64,000 nt of DNA from an uncultured Chitinophagaceae bacterium. Lineage in GTDB: Bacteria; Bacteroidota; Bacteroidia; Chitinophagales; LD1. The notes below the pieces were generated by a model, which was not told the origin of the DNA, ran no database searches, and saw only the letters and a list, made by a program, of their open reading frames with translations. The position numbers and the translations under genes were made by a program. The stretch is taken from assembly GCA_964571705.1 (NCBI GenBank), contig CAZNDJ010000001.1, positions 107,660 through 171,659 of the forward strand, in the 5' to 3' direction. Shown here piece after piece: positions 25,964 to 36,527 of this stretch. Every line of letters begins with the position of its first letter. Positions within the stretch are counted from its first letter, which is position 1.

Positions 25964-25992
25964 GTGCTAAAGAAATAAATTTAACCCAATAC

Positions 25993-26844
25993 GTGAAAGA
26001 AAGTAATGAGGACTGGACCATTGTGATCAAGCCTCAGTCCGGCCTCTTTGATATCAATTTCAAGGAACTGATCCAGTACAGAGACCTGCTATACATTTTC
26101 GTCCGCAGAGACCTGATGGCAGTTTACAAGCAGACCATCCTTGGTCCTGTATGGTTCTTTATTCAGCCGCTCCTCACTACCCTGGTCTACGTCATTGTCT
26201 TTGGCAATATTGCCAATATCGGCACCGACCACAAACCCCGGCTCCTTTTTTATCTGACCGGTACAGTGCTATGGACCTATTTTGCAGAGTGCCTGGTATC
26301 TACGTCCAGTACATTTACTACAAATGCCGCAGTATTTGGCAAGGTCTACTTCCCCCGAGTGATCCTGCCCCTCGCCAAAGTGATCTCCACTATGGTAAAG
26401 ATGGGCATCCAGATGCTATTACTGGCTATAGCATATGCTGTCTATATCGCCCTGGGCCTTTATACCTTTGAGGTCAATGGCTATCTCATCACGCTGCCGC
26501 TTCTCATCATTATCATGGCTAATCTGGGACTGGGACTGGGTATGATAGTGACCTCCCTGACTATCAAGTATCGCGACCTTCAGTATTTAGTAGCCTTCGG
26601 TGTCCAACTGCTCATGTACGCAGCACCAGTGGTATATCCCATCAGCCGATTTGGAGGCAAGCTTCTTCTTCTTTTGAAACTCAACCCTGTCACTGCCGTC
26701 ATAGAGACATTCCGGGCGGCTATCTTGGGAGGTACAGTAGATTGGGCCATGCTCGGATATTCATTTGCAGTATCCTGTGTACTGCTGGCAGTAGGTTTTG
26801 TGATATTCAATAAAGCAGAAAAATCCTTTATAGATACGGTATGA
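25993..26844 (+). CDS. wzm: Polysaccharide ABC transporter permease (ABC-2 type, Wzm-like)
   Basis: ELIQYRDLLYIFVRRDLMAVYKQTILGPVWFFIQPL is the canonical Wzm N-terminal signature. Six hydrophobic spans. Start is uncertain (25909, 25918 or 25993). Confidence 0.8.
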   Translation: MKESNEDWTIVIKPQSGLFDINFKELIQYRDLLYIFVRRDLMAVYKQTILGPVWFFIQPLLTTLVYVIVFGNIANIGTDHKPRLLFYLTGTVLWTYFAECLVSTSSTFTTNAAVFGKVYFPRVILPLAKVISTMVKMGIQMLLLAIAYAVYIALGLYTFEVNGYLITLPLLIIIMANLGLGLGMIVTSLTIKYRDLQYLVAFGVQLLMYAAPVVYPISRFGGKLLLLLKLNPVTAVIETFRAAILGGTVDWAMLGYSFAVSCVLLAVGFVIFNKAEKSFIDTV

Positions 26845-28088
26845 GTACAGTGATCCAGATAGACCATGTATCCAAGATGTACCGTCTCGGAGAGGTAGGC
26901 ACAGGTACCCTGACCCACGACCTGAATAGCTGGTGGGCCCGTGTACGCGGCAAGGAAGACCCTAACAGCAAAATAGCGGATGTCAATGACCGTACCACGG
27001 TGACCAATAACCAGTTTGTATGGGCGCTGAAAGACGTTTCCTTTGATGTAAAACAGGGCGAAGTCCTTGGCATTATAGGCCGCAATGGCGCCGGCAAGAG
27101 TACGCTCCTGAAAATACTGAGCCGTACTACACTGCCTACAGAGGGCACTATCCGCGCCAGAGGACGTATAGCGAGCCTCCTGGAGGTGGGCACGGGATTT
27201 CATCCGGACCTCACTGGTCGCGAAAACATCTTCCAGAATGGTGCCATCCTCGGCATGACCCGCCGCGAGATCACACGCAAATTTGACGAGATAGTAGACT
27301 TTGCCGGAGTGGCTAAATACATAGATACCCCTGTAAAAAGGTATAGCAGTGGCATGTACGTGCGTCTTGCCTTTGCCGTAGCCGCCCACCTCGAGCCAGA
27401 GATACTCATAGTAGACGAAGTACTCGCTGTAGGTGATGCTGAGTTTCAGAAGAAGTGTCTGGGCAAGATGAAAGATGTGAGTACAAATGACGGGCGTACA
27501 GTCCTGTTTGTCAGTCACAATCTGGCTGCTGTCAAGACTCTTTGTAACCGCTCAGTCCTCATGTCCCAGGGCACTGTCAAGGAGATAGGTGAGACCAATA
27601 GCATAGTGACGCAGTATGTGAAACTGAACGCAGAGCACATGACCCAGCGCATAGAATACAAGGGTGAAGAAGCTGCTCCTGGCAATGATAAGATAAAAGT
27701 GCTGCGCGCAGAGGTCACGCCTGACGTCATTTCGGTAGACGATACGATCACGATTTCTTTTGAGCTGCTAAACCTCACTCATTTCAAAAAATTAAAAGTC
27801 GCCTTTGACCTGGTCAATGCAAATGAACAGATCGTGTTTAGCACCGCTGCTGATATCACCATTGAGGAGAAAGCTGTCGGCACAGCGAAATGCTCTATTC
27901 CGGGCAATTTCCTGAATGACGACATCTATTCTGTCTGGTTTTACATGTTTACAGATGAGATGACTCATCTGCTGCTGCTCAAGGATATGCTTAATTTTGA
28001 GATCATAGATAAGAGTCGTGACTACGCATACCTGGGCAAGATAAACGGTGTGGTGCGACCTACACTACGCTGGCAAACGTCCGGATAA
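26841..28088 (+). CDS. wzt: Polysaccharide ABC transporter ATP-binding protein (Wzt-like) with an extra C-terminal domain of about 165 aa
   Basis: Walker A GRNGAGKST, signature YSSGMYVRLAFA, Walker B ILIVDEVLAVGD. The C-terminal extension follows about aa 250. Confidence 0.9.
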   Translation: MSTVIQIDHVSKMYRLGEVGTGTLTHDLNSWWARVRGKEDPNSKIADVNDRTTVTNNQFVWALKDVSFDVKQGEVLGIIGRNGAGKSTLLKILSRTTLPTEGTIRARGRIASLLEVGTGFHPDLTGRENIFQNGAILGMTRREITRKFDEIVDFAGVAKYIDTPVKRYSSGMYVRLAFAVAAHLEPEILIVDEVLAVGDAEFQKKCLGKMKDVSTNDGRTVLFVSHNLAAVKTLCNRSVLMSQGTVKEIGETNSIVTQYVKLNAEHMTQRIEYKGEEAAPGNDKIKVLRAEVTPDVISVDDTITISFELLNLTHFKKLKVAFDLVNANEQIVFSTAADITIEEKAVGTAKCSIPGNFLNDDIYSVWFYMFTDEMTHLLLLKDMLNFEIIDKSRDYAYLGKINGVVRPTLRWQTSG

Positions 28089-28114
28089 ATTATTACCTTA
28101 CCGCAAAGTGGTAT

Positions 28115-29311
28115 ATGAGTACAGAAGCTGATCAGGCAAAGCCAAAATCTAAGGAGCCAATAGGTGATTGGATCTCCATCCCTTTCAATAAGCCTTACCT
28201 CTCCGGTGCGGAGACGGAGTACATCACTCAGGCGGTGACCTCTGGCAAGATATCCGGCGATGGGCAATTCACAAAAAAATGCCACAAGTATTTTGAAGAG
28301 CGCTATGGGTTTCAAAAGTGCCTGCTGACCACATCATGTACGGATGCGCTTGAAATGGCTGCGATCCTGATCAACATCGAGCCCGGAGATGAGGTCATTA
28401 TTCCATCGTTCACCTTTGTCAGCACAGTCAATGCATTTGTACTCAGGGGTGCCAAAATAGTCTTTGCCGACTCCGAGCCGGGCTTCCCTAATATCGATGT
28501 ATCAAAGATCGCATCGCTCATTACCCCGCGTACCAGGGCGATAGTGCCTGTACACTATGCAGGGGTAGCGTGCGATATGGATGCCATCATGGCGCTCGCT
28601 GAGCAGCATGGCCTTTATGTGATAGAAGATGCCGCCCAGGCTATTGATTCCTTTTACAACGGGCGCCCCCTGGGTAGTATAGGCCACCTGGCAGCATTCT
28701 CCTTTCACGAGACGAAAAATATCATCTCCGGCGAGGGCGGCATGCTGGTCATCAATGATCCCCGCTTCAATGAGCGCGCTGAGATCATACGGGAAAAAGG
28801 CACAAACCGCAGCAAGTTTTATCGTGGTGAAGTAGATAAGTATGGCTGGGTAGATATAGGCTCTTCCTTTCTGCCATCAGATATCATTGCAGCATTCCTG
28901 TACGCCCAGCTGGAAAACCTGGACCGGATACAGGATAAACGTAAAGCCATCTGGGAGCGCTATGACCGCAACCTGAAACCACTCGAAGCTGCAGGCAAAC
29001 TGGTATTGCCCAAAGTAGGTGCCGGCGCTACGAATAATGCACACATGTATTTCGTAGTGACAGCTGACCTCGAAACACGTACCGCACTGATAGCAGCGCT
29101 CAAAGAGCAAAATATCCTCCCGGTATTTCACTACCTGAGCCTGCACAAGAGCCCATACTTTGAAGGCAAGCATGATGGACGTGATCTGCCTCACAGTGAT
29201 CGCTATACGGAGTGCCTGCTCAGGTTGCCTTTTTACTACGAGCTGACGCTGGAGCAGGTAGACCTGATATCGGATCTGATCATAGCATTTTTTAAAGAGC
29301 AGAAGAGCTGA
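28115..29311 (+). CDS. wecE: dTDP-4-amino-4,6-dideoxygalactose transaminase (DegT/DnrJ/EryC1 family)
   Basis: Long collinear identity with E. coli WecE as I recall it: PSFTFVSTVNAFVLRGAKIVF, VPVHYAGVACDMDAIMALA, FSFHETKN, AEIIREKGTNRSKFYRGEVDKYGWVDIGSS. Confidence 0.85.
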   Translation: MSTEADQAKPKSKEPIGDWISIPFNKPYLSGAETEYITQAVTSGKISGDGQFTKKCHKYFEERYGFQKCLLTTSCTDALEMAAILINIEPGDEVIIPSFTFVSTVNAFVLRGAKIVFADSEPGFPNIDVSKIASLITPRTRAIVPVHYAGVACDMDAIMALAEQHGLYVIEDAAQAIDSFYNGRPLGSIGHLAAFSFHETKNIISGEGGMLVINDPRFNERAEIIREKGTNRSKFYRGEVDKYGWVDIGSSFLPSDIIAAFLYAQLENLDRIQDKRKAIWERYDRNLKPLEAAGKLVLPKVGAGATNNAHMYFVVTADLETRTALIAALKEQNILPVFHYLSLHKSPYFEGKHDGRDLPHSDRYTECLLRLPFYYELTLEQVDLISDLIIAFFKEQKS

Positions 29312-29347
29312 TAGCGGAGCGTCCACTCTGCACCCAGACCCAATACT

Positions 29348-30283
29348 ATGTCCTACCGCTTTGAAAAGATAAGCCCTGAGCATATAGATGATCTCATATA
29401 CATCTACCGGGATGCTTTTGGCAAAGCTGTAGACCGCAACTACATTTATGGCAAACAGGATACCTCTGCCTTCGGGCCTTCATTTGTAGGTTATATAGCC
29501 TACTCCGAGACGGGTGAGCCGGCGGCATTTTACGGCGTATTCCCATGCCTGCTGGTACTGGATGGCATCAAATATCTGGCAGCACAGTCAGGCGATACCA
29601 TGACGCATAGCAATCATCGTGGCAAGGGACTCTTCACACAACTAGCACTGAAAACATATGACTACTGCCGCGAGAATGGCGTGCATCTGGTTTTCGGTTT
29701 CCCGAATGAAAATTCATACCCGGGATTTGTCAGAAACCTGGCGTGGCAACACTTTGATGATTTTCAGATATACCTCGTGCGTGCTCGCACCCTCACATGG
29801 ACTCGGGTGAAAAGCATGTTTAAGCTCCGCGCCACGATCCATCAGTCCTGGTCACGATTCATCATCAGTCTGTACTCTGTGGGCAAGCCATTTGTCAACT
29901 CTGTGATAGAGCCAGGCATCGGTGGGATAGATCATAGCCCCGATTTTTTCCGCTATAAGGCGTATGAAGAAAAATACCTGGTCAGCATGGCCGGAGTAAA
30001 TGTATGGCTCAAAACAGGGGAAGACTACCTGCATGTAGGCGATATCGAGCGCTGTGATGACCGTACTTTTGACAAAGTAATATCGGGGCTCAAACAGATG
30101 GCCCGACTCATGGGCCTGCCATATGTGCGCTACCAATGCAGCCGGGGAGCGTTTCATGAAGCGGGATTCAGGCGCCATGGTGTCCTTTTTAATAAGACGT
30201 ATCCCATAGGCGGTGTGAACTTTACAAACGTTGTACCTATAAATCAGTTTAAATTTACGATGTCGGACAACGACGGCTTCTAG
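29348..30283 (+). CDS. GNAT-family acyltransferase, two-lobed (311 aa)
   Basis: GNAT motif A-like HRGKGLFTQLALKTYDYC in the N-terminal half. The C-terminal half is unassigned. Confidence 0.5.
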   Translation: MSYRFEKISPEHIDDLIYIYRDAFGKAVDRNYIYGKQDTSAFGPSFVGYIAYSETGEPAAFYGVFPCLLVLDGIKYLAAQSGDTMTHSNHRGKGLFTQLALKTYDYCRENGVHLVFGFPNENSYPGFVRNLAWQHFDDFQIYLVRARTLTWTRVKSMFKLRATIHQSWSRFIISLYSVGKPFVNSVIEPGIGGIDHSPDFFRYKAYEEKYLVSMAGVNVWLKTGEDYLHVGDIERCDDRTFDKVISGLKQMARLMGLPYVRYQCSRGAFHEAGFRRHGVLFNKTYPIGGVNFTNVVPINQFKFTMSDNDGF

Positions 30284-30288
30284 CGCCA

Positions 30289-31329
30289 ATGGGATTTATA
30301 AAGGACAAGGCACTCGGATTTTTTGTCAAAACAAATGGCCTGGTATCTGACCGGATATTTGGTGGCATTGGCATATCATTTATGCTGCATCGCGTGCTGC
30401 CAGCTTCCTTGCGCAATCAATATACTTTCAATCGCGACCTGGCTATCACTCCTGAGCACCTCGAGACTGTGATCGTTTATCTTCGAAAAAAGGGTTGCCA
30501 ATTTGCCTCTATGGACCAACTGCATGAGGTACTGCAGAGTGGACGTAAACCCAAACAGAAATTAGTGTGCCTGACACTGGATGATGGCTATCGAGACAAT
30601 CTGGAGTACGGACTGCCTGTCTTTCAGAAGTATCAGGTACCTGTCACGATCTATGTCACAAATTGTTTCCCAAACCACAATGCAATGCTTTGGTGGTATT
30701 GGCTGGAAGACAAGTTGCAGAAAAATCACCAACTCACCATACAAGCGCCCTCACTTCAAAAGGAATATAAATGGGCTACCCTGCAGCAGGCGGAGACAAT
30801 ATTCCCACAAATACGCACAGAACTCAAATCACTGCCTAAACGCGAGATAACCGACGCGCTGAAAAAGACTTTTGGCAAGGATGATGAAATGATCCAGCAG
30901 GAACTCAGTAAAATCTCCCTGACATGGGAGGAGGTCCGTCAACTCAGCATTGAGCCGCTGGTGACCATAGGAGCCCATACCATGAATCACCTCTCCCTCA
31001 AAACTCTGACTGACGCCGAACTGGAGTATGAGATCACAGCATCCAGGCAGGAACTACAGGCAAAGACAGGAAAAACCATGCTTCACTTTGCCTATCCATA
31101 TGGCACACATGCAGAGGCGCACATACGTGAGTATAAAGCAGCCCGAAGGCATTTCACTACAGCTGTGCTAAACTACCGTGGCAATATCTCTATGGGGCAG
31201 CGCGACTATCAGGAGTGCATACCGCGCATGGCTCTGGCAGAAAGCACGACACCACAGAAACTGGACTACATGCTCAATGGCATCACACACTTTGGCGACA
31301 ATGGATTCACCCAAACTATAAAGTACTGA
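30289..31329 (+). CDS. Polysaccharide deacetylase (NodB-type)
   Basis: LTLDDGYRDN (NodB motif 1) and GAHTMNH (His motif). Confidence 0.75.
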   Translation: MGFIKDKALGFFVKTNGLVSDRIFGGIGISFMLHRVLPASLRNQYTFNRDLAITPEHLETVIVYLRKKGCQFASMDQLHEVLQSGRKPKQKLVCLTLDDGYRDNLEYGLPVFQKYQVPVTIYVTNCFPNHNAMLWWYWLEDKLQKNHQLTIQAPSLQKEYKWATLQQAETIFPQIRTELKSLPKREITDALKKTFGKDDEMIQQELSKISLTWEEVRQLSIEPLVTIGAHTMNHLSLKTLTDAELEYEITASRQELQAKTGKTMLHFAYPYGTHAEAHIREYKAARRHFTTAVLNYRGNISMGQRDYQECIPRMALAESTTPQKLDYMLNGITHFGDNGFTQTIKY

Positions 31330-32333
31330 TGGCTCCAGAACTCTCCATTATCATCGTGCAATACAAGATCCCTGAGCTGCTGGCTCAGTGCATCGACTCG
31401 CTCTATACCCATCGTGGAGATGTAGCCATAGAGGTGATCGTAGTCAATAACGATACGGAAGATATATCCAAAGCTCCCATACTGGCCAGCCACCCCGAGG
31501 TAGTCTGGATAGATGCCGGCTACAACGCCGGTTTTAGCCGGGCCAATAACATTGGTATGCGGAAAGCCAGCGGTGAGTACATTCTGATTTTGAATCCCGA
31601 TACGGAGATCAAAGGAGATTTTCTCCGTCAGTTTATATCATACTATCGCACCAGAGACACAGACGGAAAGCTCGGGCTGCTAGGCTGCAGGATCATCTCC
31701 AGTGTAGATGGCTCTCTGCTGGTAGGAAGCATGAGGGGATTTCCATCTGTAGCTAAGGTAATAGGTGGCAATCCGGTTTACATATACCTGACCCGCAGTG
31801 GCAGTCAGGATAAAAACCAGGACTATGATGCACAAATAATGCACTATACGGATCACGAGATAGACGTAGTGAGCGGTGCATGTGTGATGATCAGACGCGA
31901 AAAGGTGGTTAAGCATAACCTCTATTTTGACGAGGATTTCTTCCTCTACTCAGAGGACGTAGAGTGGGCGCACAGGGTGCAGAAAACCGGATTTAAAAAT
32001 TATTTCTGCTCACAGATAGAGGTCTATCATGTAAACTCTGCCAGCACTGGGTTTTCTGCCGCCAAATCAGCACAGATACAAATATCCGGTTACCTCTATT
32101 ACCTGAAAACCCATATACTTCTAGCCTACCTGTTTTATGGACTGATGTTGTGGGTCAATATGCGGCTGAATATACTGCTGCTTAGCCGTGCAGGAAAGGC
32201 ACAGGACCTGACAGCCGAGCAGGCGCAATACGATGCATTCCGAAGGTACTTTTTCGCTATCTTGAAACAGTATTATTTTTCTCAAACAGCCAGCCGGCCA
32301 TACCTGAAATATGATCCGCAAAATCAGAAATAA
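31329..32333 (+). CDS. Family 2 glycosyltransferase
   Basis: LSIIIVQYK..., VVNNDTED, GYNAGFSRANN and NPDT (DxD-like). ATG 31329 overlaps the upstream TGA (31327-31329). The track start 31215 is an in-frame upstream extension. Confidence 0.85.
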   Translation: MAPELSIIIVQYKIPELLAQCIDSLYTHRGDVAIEVIVVNNDTEDISKAPILASHPEVVWIDAGYNAGFSRANNIGMRKASGEYILILNPDTEIKGDFLRQFISYYRTRDTDGKLGLLGCRIISSVDGSLLVGSMRGFPSVAKVIGGNPVYIYLTRSGSQDKNQDYDAQIMHYTDHEIDVVSGACVMIRREKVVKHNLYFDEDFFLYSEDVEWAHRVQKTGFKNYFCSQIEVYHVNSASTGFSAAKSAQIQISGYLYYLKTHILLAYLFYGLMLWVNMRLNILLLSRAGKAQDLTAEQAQYDAFRRYFFAILKQYYFSQTASRPYLKYDPQNQK

Positions 32334-33231
32334 ACTACTCCGTGGCAGGGATATATCCCGTATGCTGCAGGAGGCTTGCGACAGGCTGGCCACCATCCGA
32401 GCCCACAGTGATGTGGTAGCGCTCTATGGCTCTCCTACCGGACCTCATTGGCTCGGTATAGCCAATGCTACAAGAGGGCTCTATGGTGAGGCGGCCCTGG
32501 AGTTAGCACAATCATATTCCAATCAGGTATTCACCCCTACGCAGCTGCGCGAGCTCTGCGACAGGATCGTTGCATTAAAGTTTAAACGGGTGGTGATCAG
32601 TGGATTTGCTCCATACTTTTTTGATCTGATAGACTACCTGAGCCGCCACTGCGAGATACAGACGCTTTATCATGGTACTATCAGCGAGTTTCACAGCCCG
32701 GTGCAGCAGCAGCTTATGAAGGGGCTGATCAGCTACGCCCGTGCAGGCAAAGTACAGGAACTATCCTTCGTCAAAAAGGGATTAGAGCAAGTTTTCATAA
32801 AACTATACGGTGTACATGCCACACACATTCCGCTGCAGGCACCTCATATCCCTGCCGGCATACAGCCGATAGCCATTGACGCTGGCAAAATACATATAGG
32901 TGTATTCGGTGGTGATACATTCAATAAGAACCTGCACAACCAGGTCATTTACGCCCTGATGATACCTGGCACTGTAGTGCATGTACTGGATCAGAAGATG
33001 TTTGACTACCTCGATATGGGAGATAGGATAGTAGGTCATGGCACACACCTGCACAAGGAAAAGTTTCTAAACATACTAGGCGCTATGACGGTGAACCTAT
33101 ACATGTCCTACTCAGAGTCCTGGGGCCTCGTGGCATATGAGAGTGAGGCTATGGGCGTACCAGCAGTGCGCATGGACCATGTAGACTACTATGACAAGAT
33201 CCTCACAGCAATAGAATCACGCAAGAAATGA
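32311..33231 (+). CDS. Hypothetical protein, possibly a degenerate GT-B glycosyltransferase
   Basis: The C-terminal segment SESWGLVAYESEAMGVPAV resembles the GT1/GT4 E-x7-E region. Otherwise unassigned. Confidence 0.45.
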   Translation: MIRKIRNKLLRGRDISRMLQEACDRLATIRAHSDVVALYGSPTGPHWLGIANATRGLYGEAALELAQSYSNQVFTPTQLRELCDRIVALKFKRVVISGFAPYFFDLIDYLSRHCEIQTLYHGTISEFHSPVQQQLMKGLISYARAGKVQELSFVKKGLEQVFIKLYGVHATHIPLQAPHIPAGIQPIAIDAGKIHIGVFGGDTFNKNLHNQVIYALMIPGTVVHVLDQKMFDYLDMGDRIVGHGTHLHKEKFLNILGAMTVNLYMSYSESWGLVAYESEAMGVPAVRMDHVDYYDKILTAIESRKK

Positions 33232-33257
33232 CGCCATAAGCCCGTAGACCCACTAGA

Positions 33258-34391
33258 ATGAAGATACTGCATATCATCACTGACCTCCGCAAAGGTGGCG
33301 CCGAACGCATCGCCACCGACATCGTGCGCGAGCTAAATAGCCGGCCTGGCATCACGGCTATGCTCGTCCTGCTGGAGGACCATATCGCCTATGACATTTC
33401 AGACATCCGCGAGTTTATAGAGGTGATACCCGCATCGGTCACCCTCTCAGTGATGCGGCCCACAGTTTACAATACCGAAAAATTACAGCAGTTTGTAGAC
33501 AGCTATCGACCCGATGTGATCCATACGCACCTCTTCATACCTGATCTGGTGAGCCGTAGCCTGGAGTATCAGGGAGCGCGATGGTTCACTCACTGCCATT
33601 GGAATACTAAAGAAGTGAAGCGCCCATCTTTTATACCCACCAGTAAACAGGGCATCATAGACTGGCGCGTCTACCACTATATCGTAAGCCGCTACCGCAG
33701 GTATAATAACCAGTTCATAGCCATTTCGCCTAATACCTATGACTTCTACAGAGAAAATCTGCCGGATCTCAAGGATAACGTGCACTACCTGGCTAATGCT
33801 GTAAATGTCACGGCATTTCAGAAGCATGTAAATAGAGCCGAGGAACCGGGCATAATAAAACTAATATCCGTAGGCAGCCTCATAGAGCGCAAAAACCAGA
33901 TGCTACAAATAGAGGTAGCACAAGTACTACATAGCCGGGGTGTAGCTTTTCATCTCGATATCTATGGACAGGGGGTAATGCGTGAAAAGCTACAGGCGAG
34001 GATCAATGAATTGCAACTCGGGGAATCTGTGACGCTACGCGGTGTAAGTGATGATATAGGTGCTCATTTGGCCGAGAGCACACTATTCCTCCATACAGCA
34101 TTATATGAGCCATTTGGCCTGGTGATAGTGGAGGCTATGGCAGCCGGACTACCAGTCATAGCGCTGGACGGCGGCGGCAATAAAGAACTCGTACATGATG
34201 GAGAAACAGGCTATCTCGTAGCACAGCCGGACGCTGCTCTCATAGCAGATCGCATACTGGATGCTGCAGTGCCTGCACTATATACCAGGATGAAACAAGG
34301 GGCCCTCAAAGCATCCCAACAGTATGACATCGTGCCCTATGTCACTAAATTATTAGATTTATACGCTCAAGCCCCCAACAGTAAAGGATGA
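33258..34391 (+). CDS. Family 4 (group 1) glycosyltransferase
   Basis: MKILHII....GGAERI and EPFGLVIVEAMAAGLPVIA..GG..ELV. Confidence 0.85.
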   Translation: MKILHIITDLRKGGAERIATDIVRELNSRPGITAMLVLLEDHIAYDISDIREFIEVIPASVTLSVMRPTVYNTEKLQQFVDSYRPDVIHTHLFIPDLVSRSLEYQGARWFTHCHWNTKEVKRPSFIPTSKQGIIDWRVYHYIVSRYRRYNNQFIAISPNTYDFYRENLPDLKDNVHYLANAVNVTAFQKHVNRAEEPGIIKLISVGSLIERKNQMLQIEVAQVLHSRGVAFHLDIYGQGVMREKLQARINELQLGESVTLRGVSDDIGAHLAESTLFLHTALYEPFGLVIVEAMAAGLPVIALDGGGNKELVHDGETGYLVAQPDAALIADRILDAAVPALYTRMKQGALKASQQYDIVPYVTKLLDLYAQAPNSKG

Positions 34392-35098
34392 ATAAATTTG
34401 GAAGTATCAAACAATATAGAGCTGCTGTAGACAATAATCTGCTCTTTAAAATAAAAACTGTGCTCTCCGTCAAAAATGACTTACGGAAAGCGCTCAATGC
34501 CATTCCCAAAGAGGGCTTTGATAAGATCAATACTCAGTATAAGGATTACGATCCGTATCCCGGCTACAGCAAGTATCTGAATATAAAACCATGGATGCTG
34601 GATAATGTGTGGCGCGCACACCTGCTAGGGCTAAACCAGACGCACCCGCGCAAAACGATCCTCGATATCGGCACAGGCAATGGCTACTTCCCCTTCCTCT
34701 GCAAGCAATATGGGCACGAGGTGCGCAGTATAGACATAGATTTCAATCCTATATTCAATGCACTGATCAAACTACTGGAGATCCCGCGTATGGACTACGC
34801 CATCCAGGCCAATGAGCATATACCGGCCTTTGATGTCAGGTTTGATGTGGTGACAGGATTTCATACGTACTTTAACGGGCACCGTACAGACCACCTGTGG
34901 AAATGGCAGGAGTGGGAGTTTTTTATGAAAGACCTGAAGCAAAATCTCTGCAATCCCGGTGCCGAAGCATTCTTTATCATCAACTCTGAGCATGATACTA
35001 AGATGCCATACACGCCGGAGCTGAAGGAGTACTTTCTCTCAAAGAATGCGGAAATAGATCATGATCGTGTCTACTTCAGAAATCTTGATAGCTTTTGA
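34388..35098 (+). CDS. Class I SAM-dependent methyltransferase
   Basis: Motif I ILDIGTGNGYF followed by an acidic residue after the next beta strand (VRSIDID). Confidence 0.7.
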   Translation: MNKFGSIKQYRAAVDNNLLFKIKTVLSVKNDLRKALNAIPKEGFDKINTQYKDYDPYPGYSKYLNIKPWMLDNVWRAHLLGLNQTHPRKTILDIGTGNGYFPFLCKQYGHEVRSIDIDFNPIFNALIKLLEIPRMDYAIQANEHIPAFDVRFDVVTGFHTYFNGHRTDHLWKWQEWEFFMKDLKQNLCNPGAEAFFIINSEHDTKMPYTPELKEYFLSKNAEIDHDRVYFRNLDSF

Positions 35099-36432
35099 TG
35101 AATAGCGCAAATGCGCAGCGTATGGCGAAAGAGCAAAACAAATCACTGAAGAAGATCCTGCTGGTCGCTTATTTTTTCCCTCCGGCCAATTTTGCCGGAT
35201 CCTACAGGCTGGGCTCATGGGCACGTCACCTGCACAAATTTGGATACTATCCCATAGTAGTGACCCGCTGCTGGAATACCAATCAAACCACGACCACTGC
35301 AGAAGTGGAAGACAATACTTTCCGCCACGAGAAATATGATACCCACGAGGTATATCGTATCCCCTATCACAATAATCTGCGGGATAGAATCCACGCAAAG
35401 TATGGGGAAACACGCTATGTACTGATGAGGAAGGCTCTGACGCTGCTGGAGCTTTTCATGCAGAACTTCAGTAATGCGGCCATTCCATATCACAATTTAT
35501 ATGACTTCGCATTGGACCTGGTCCGTCGTGAGCCTGATATAAAATGTGCTATACTCTCTGGCCGCCCTTTCCAGCTTTTCAAATTTGGAGATATGCTGCA
35601 CCGCAAGACTGGTATCAAATGGATAGCAGACTACCGTGATGAATGGAATACCCATCAGTGGCTGCTGGATGAATCCGCATCGCGGCGTGCAATCAGGGCA
35701 CTCGAGTCCCGATCTGAGAAAAAATGGCTTCGTTCGGCCTCCCTTTTCACCACCTGCTCAGAGAATTGGGTGACTCAAATAGGTAATTATGTAAGTCGCC
35801 CTGGACGCGTGGTCTTAAATGGTTATGAAGATAATCTGCTGGCACTGCAGCAAAATGCCCCTGCCAAAGACACCCTGACTATAGTGCATAATGGCACTCT
35901 TTATTCTTCCCAGCCCACAGAAATATTTCTGGAGGGATATAAAAAGTTTATAGATGCCACTCCGGGTGCTAGGGTGCAGTTATTGTTTCCAGGTGTGGAT
36001 AATGACCCGGCCGAAGGCAACCGCATACGCAAGGCAATGACTGGCTATGAGGCATATTATCAGACCACACCTCGCATCCCAAAGGATGAATTGATCCGTA
36101 TCATGTCCTCGGCCCATCTCTACCTGCTGATAGGTACACAGGGAGTGAAAGGGCACCATTCCAGCAAGATATTTGAATACCTGGCTATGGGCCGTCCTGT
36201 ACTCCTCTGCCCTGACGATCAGGATGTCATGCACGAGCTGATGGAGGATACACAGGCGGGGTTTATCACTAGCACTGCCCGGGATACCACGCTCCTACTG
36301 TCTGATCTGTATCGCAGGTTCACTGCCGGTGAGGCGCTGCCATATGCACCGGCGAGAGATCGTGTAGCCTTCTACTCCAGGGAGAAACAAGCAGAAATAC
36401 TGGCCAGGATCATAGACGAGGTGATCGGCTGA
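35095..36432 (+). CDS. Glycosyltransferase (GT-B fold, GT4-like)
   Basis: N-terminus KILLVAYFFPPANFAGSYR and C-terminal SSKIFEYLAMGRPVL pattern. Confidence 0.6.
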   Translation: MMNSANAQRMAKEQNKSLKKILLVAYFFPPANFAGSYRLGSWARHLHKFGYYPIVVTRCWNTNQTTTTAEVEDNTFRHEKYDTHEVYRIPYHNNLRDRIHAKYGETRYVLMRKALTLLELFMQNFSNAAIPYHNLYDFALDLVRREPDIKCAILSGRPFQLFKFGDMLHRKTGIKWIADYRDEWNTHQWLLDESASRRAIRALESRSEKKWLRSASLFTTCSENWVTQIGNYVSRPGRVVLNGYEDNLLALQQNAPAKDTLTIVHNGTLYSSQPTEIFLEGYKKFIDATPGARVQLLFPGVDNDPAEGNRIRKAMTGYEAYYQTTPRIPKDELIRIMSSAHLYLLIGTQGVKGHHSSKIFEYLAMGRPVLLCPDDQDVMHELMEDTQAGFITSTARDTTLLLSDLYRRFTAGEALPYAPARDRVAFYSREKQAEILARIIDEVIG

Positions 36433-36527
36433 CCCGGAGGTATCGGAAACAAATCCTGGCGCCAACAATTCAAAAAATGGTAGCATTTATTTTACTAAGT
36501 TTACTCTCAATCGTCTGAATATCAGAA

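Noticed and set aside
26580-27518. Minus-strand 312-aa ORF, with nested 26828-27193 and 27200-27409.
   Set aside because: It is antisense to wzm/wzt, which carry unambiguous ABC transporter motifs.
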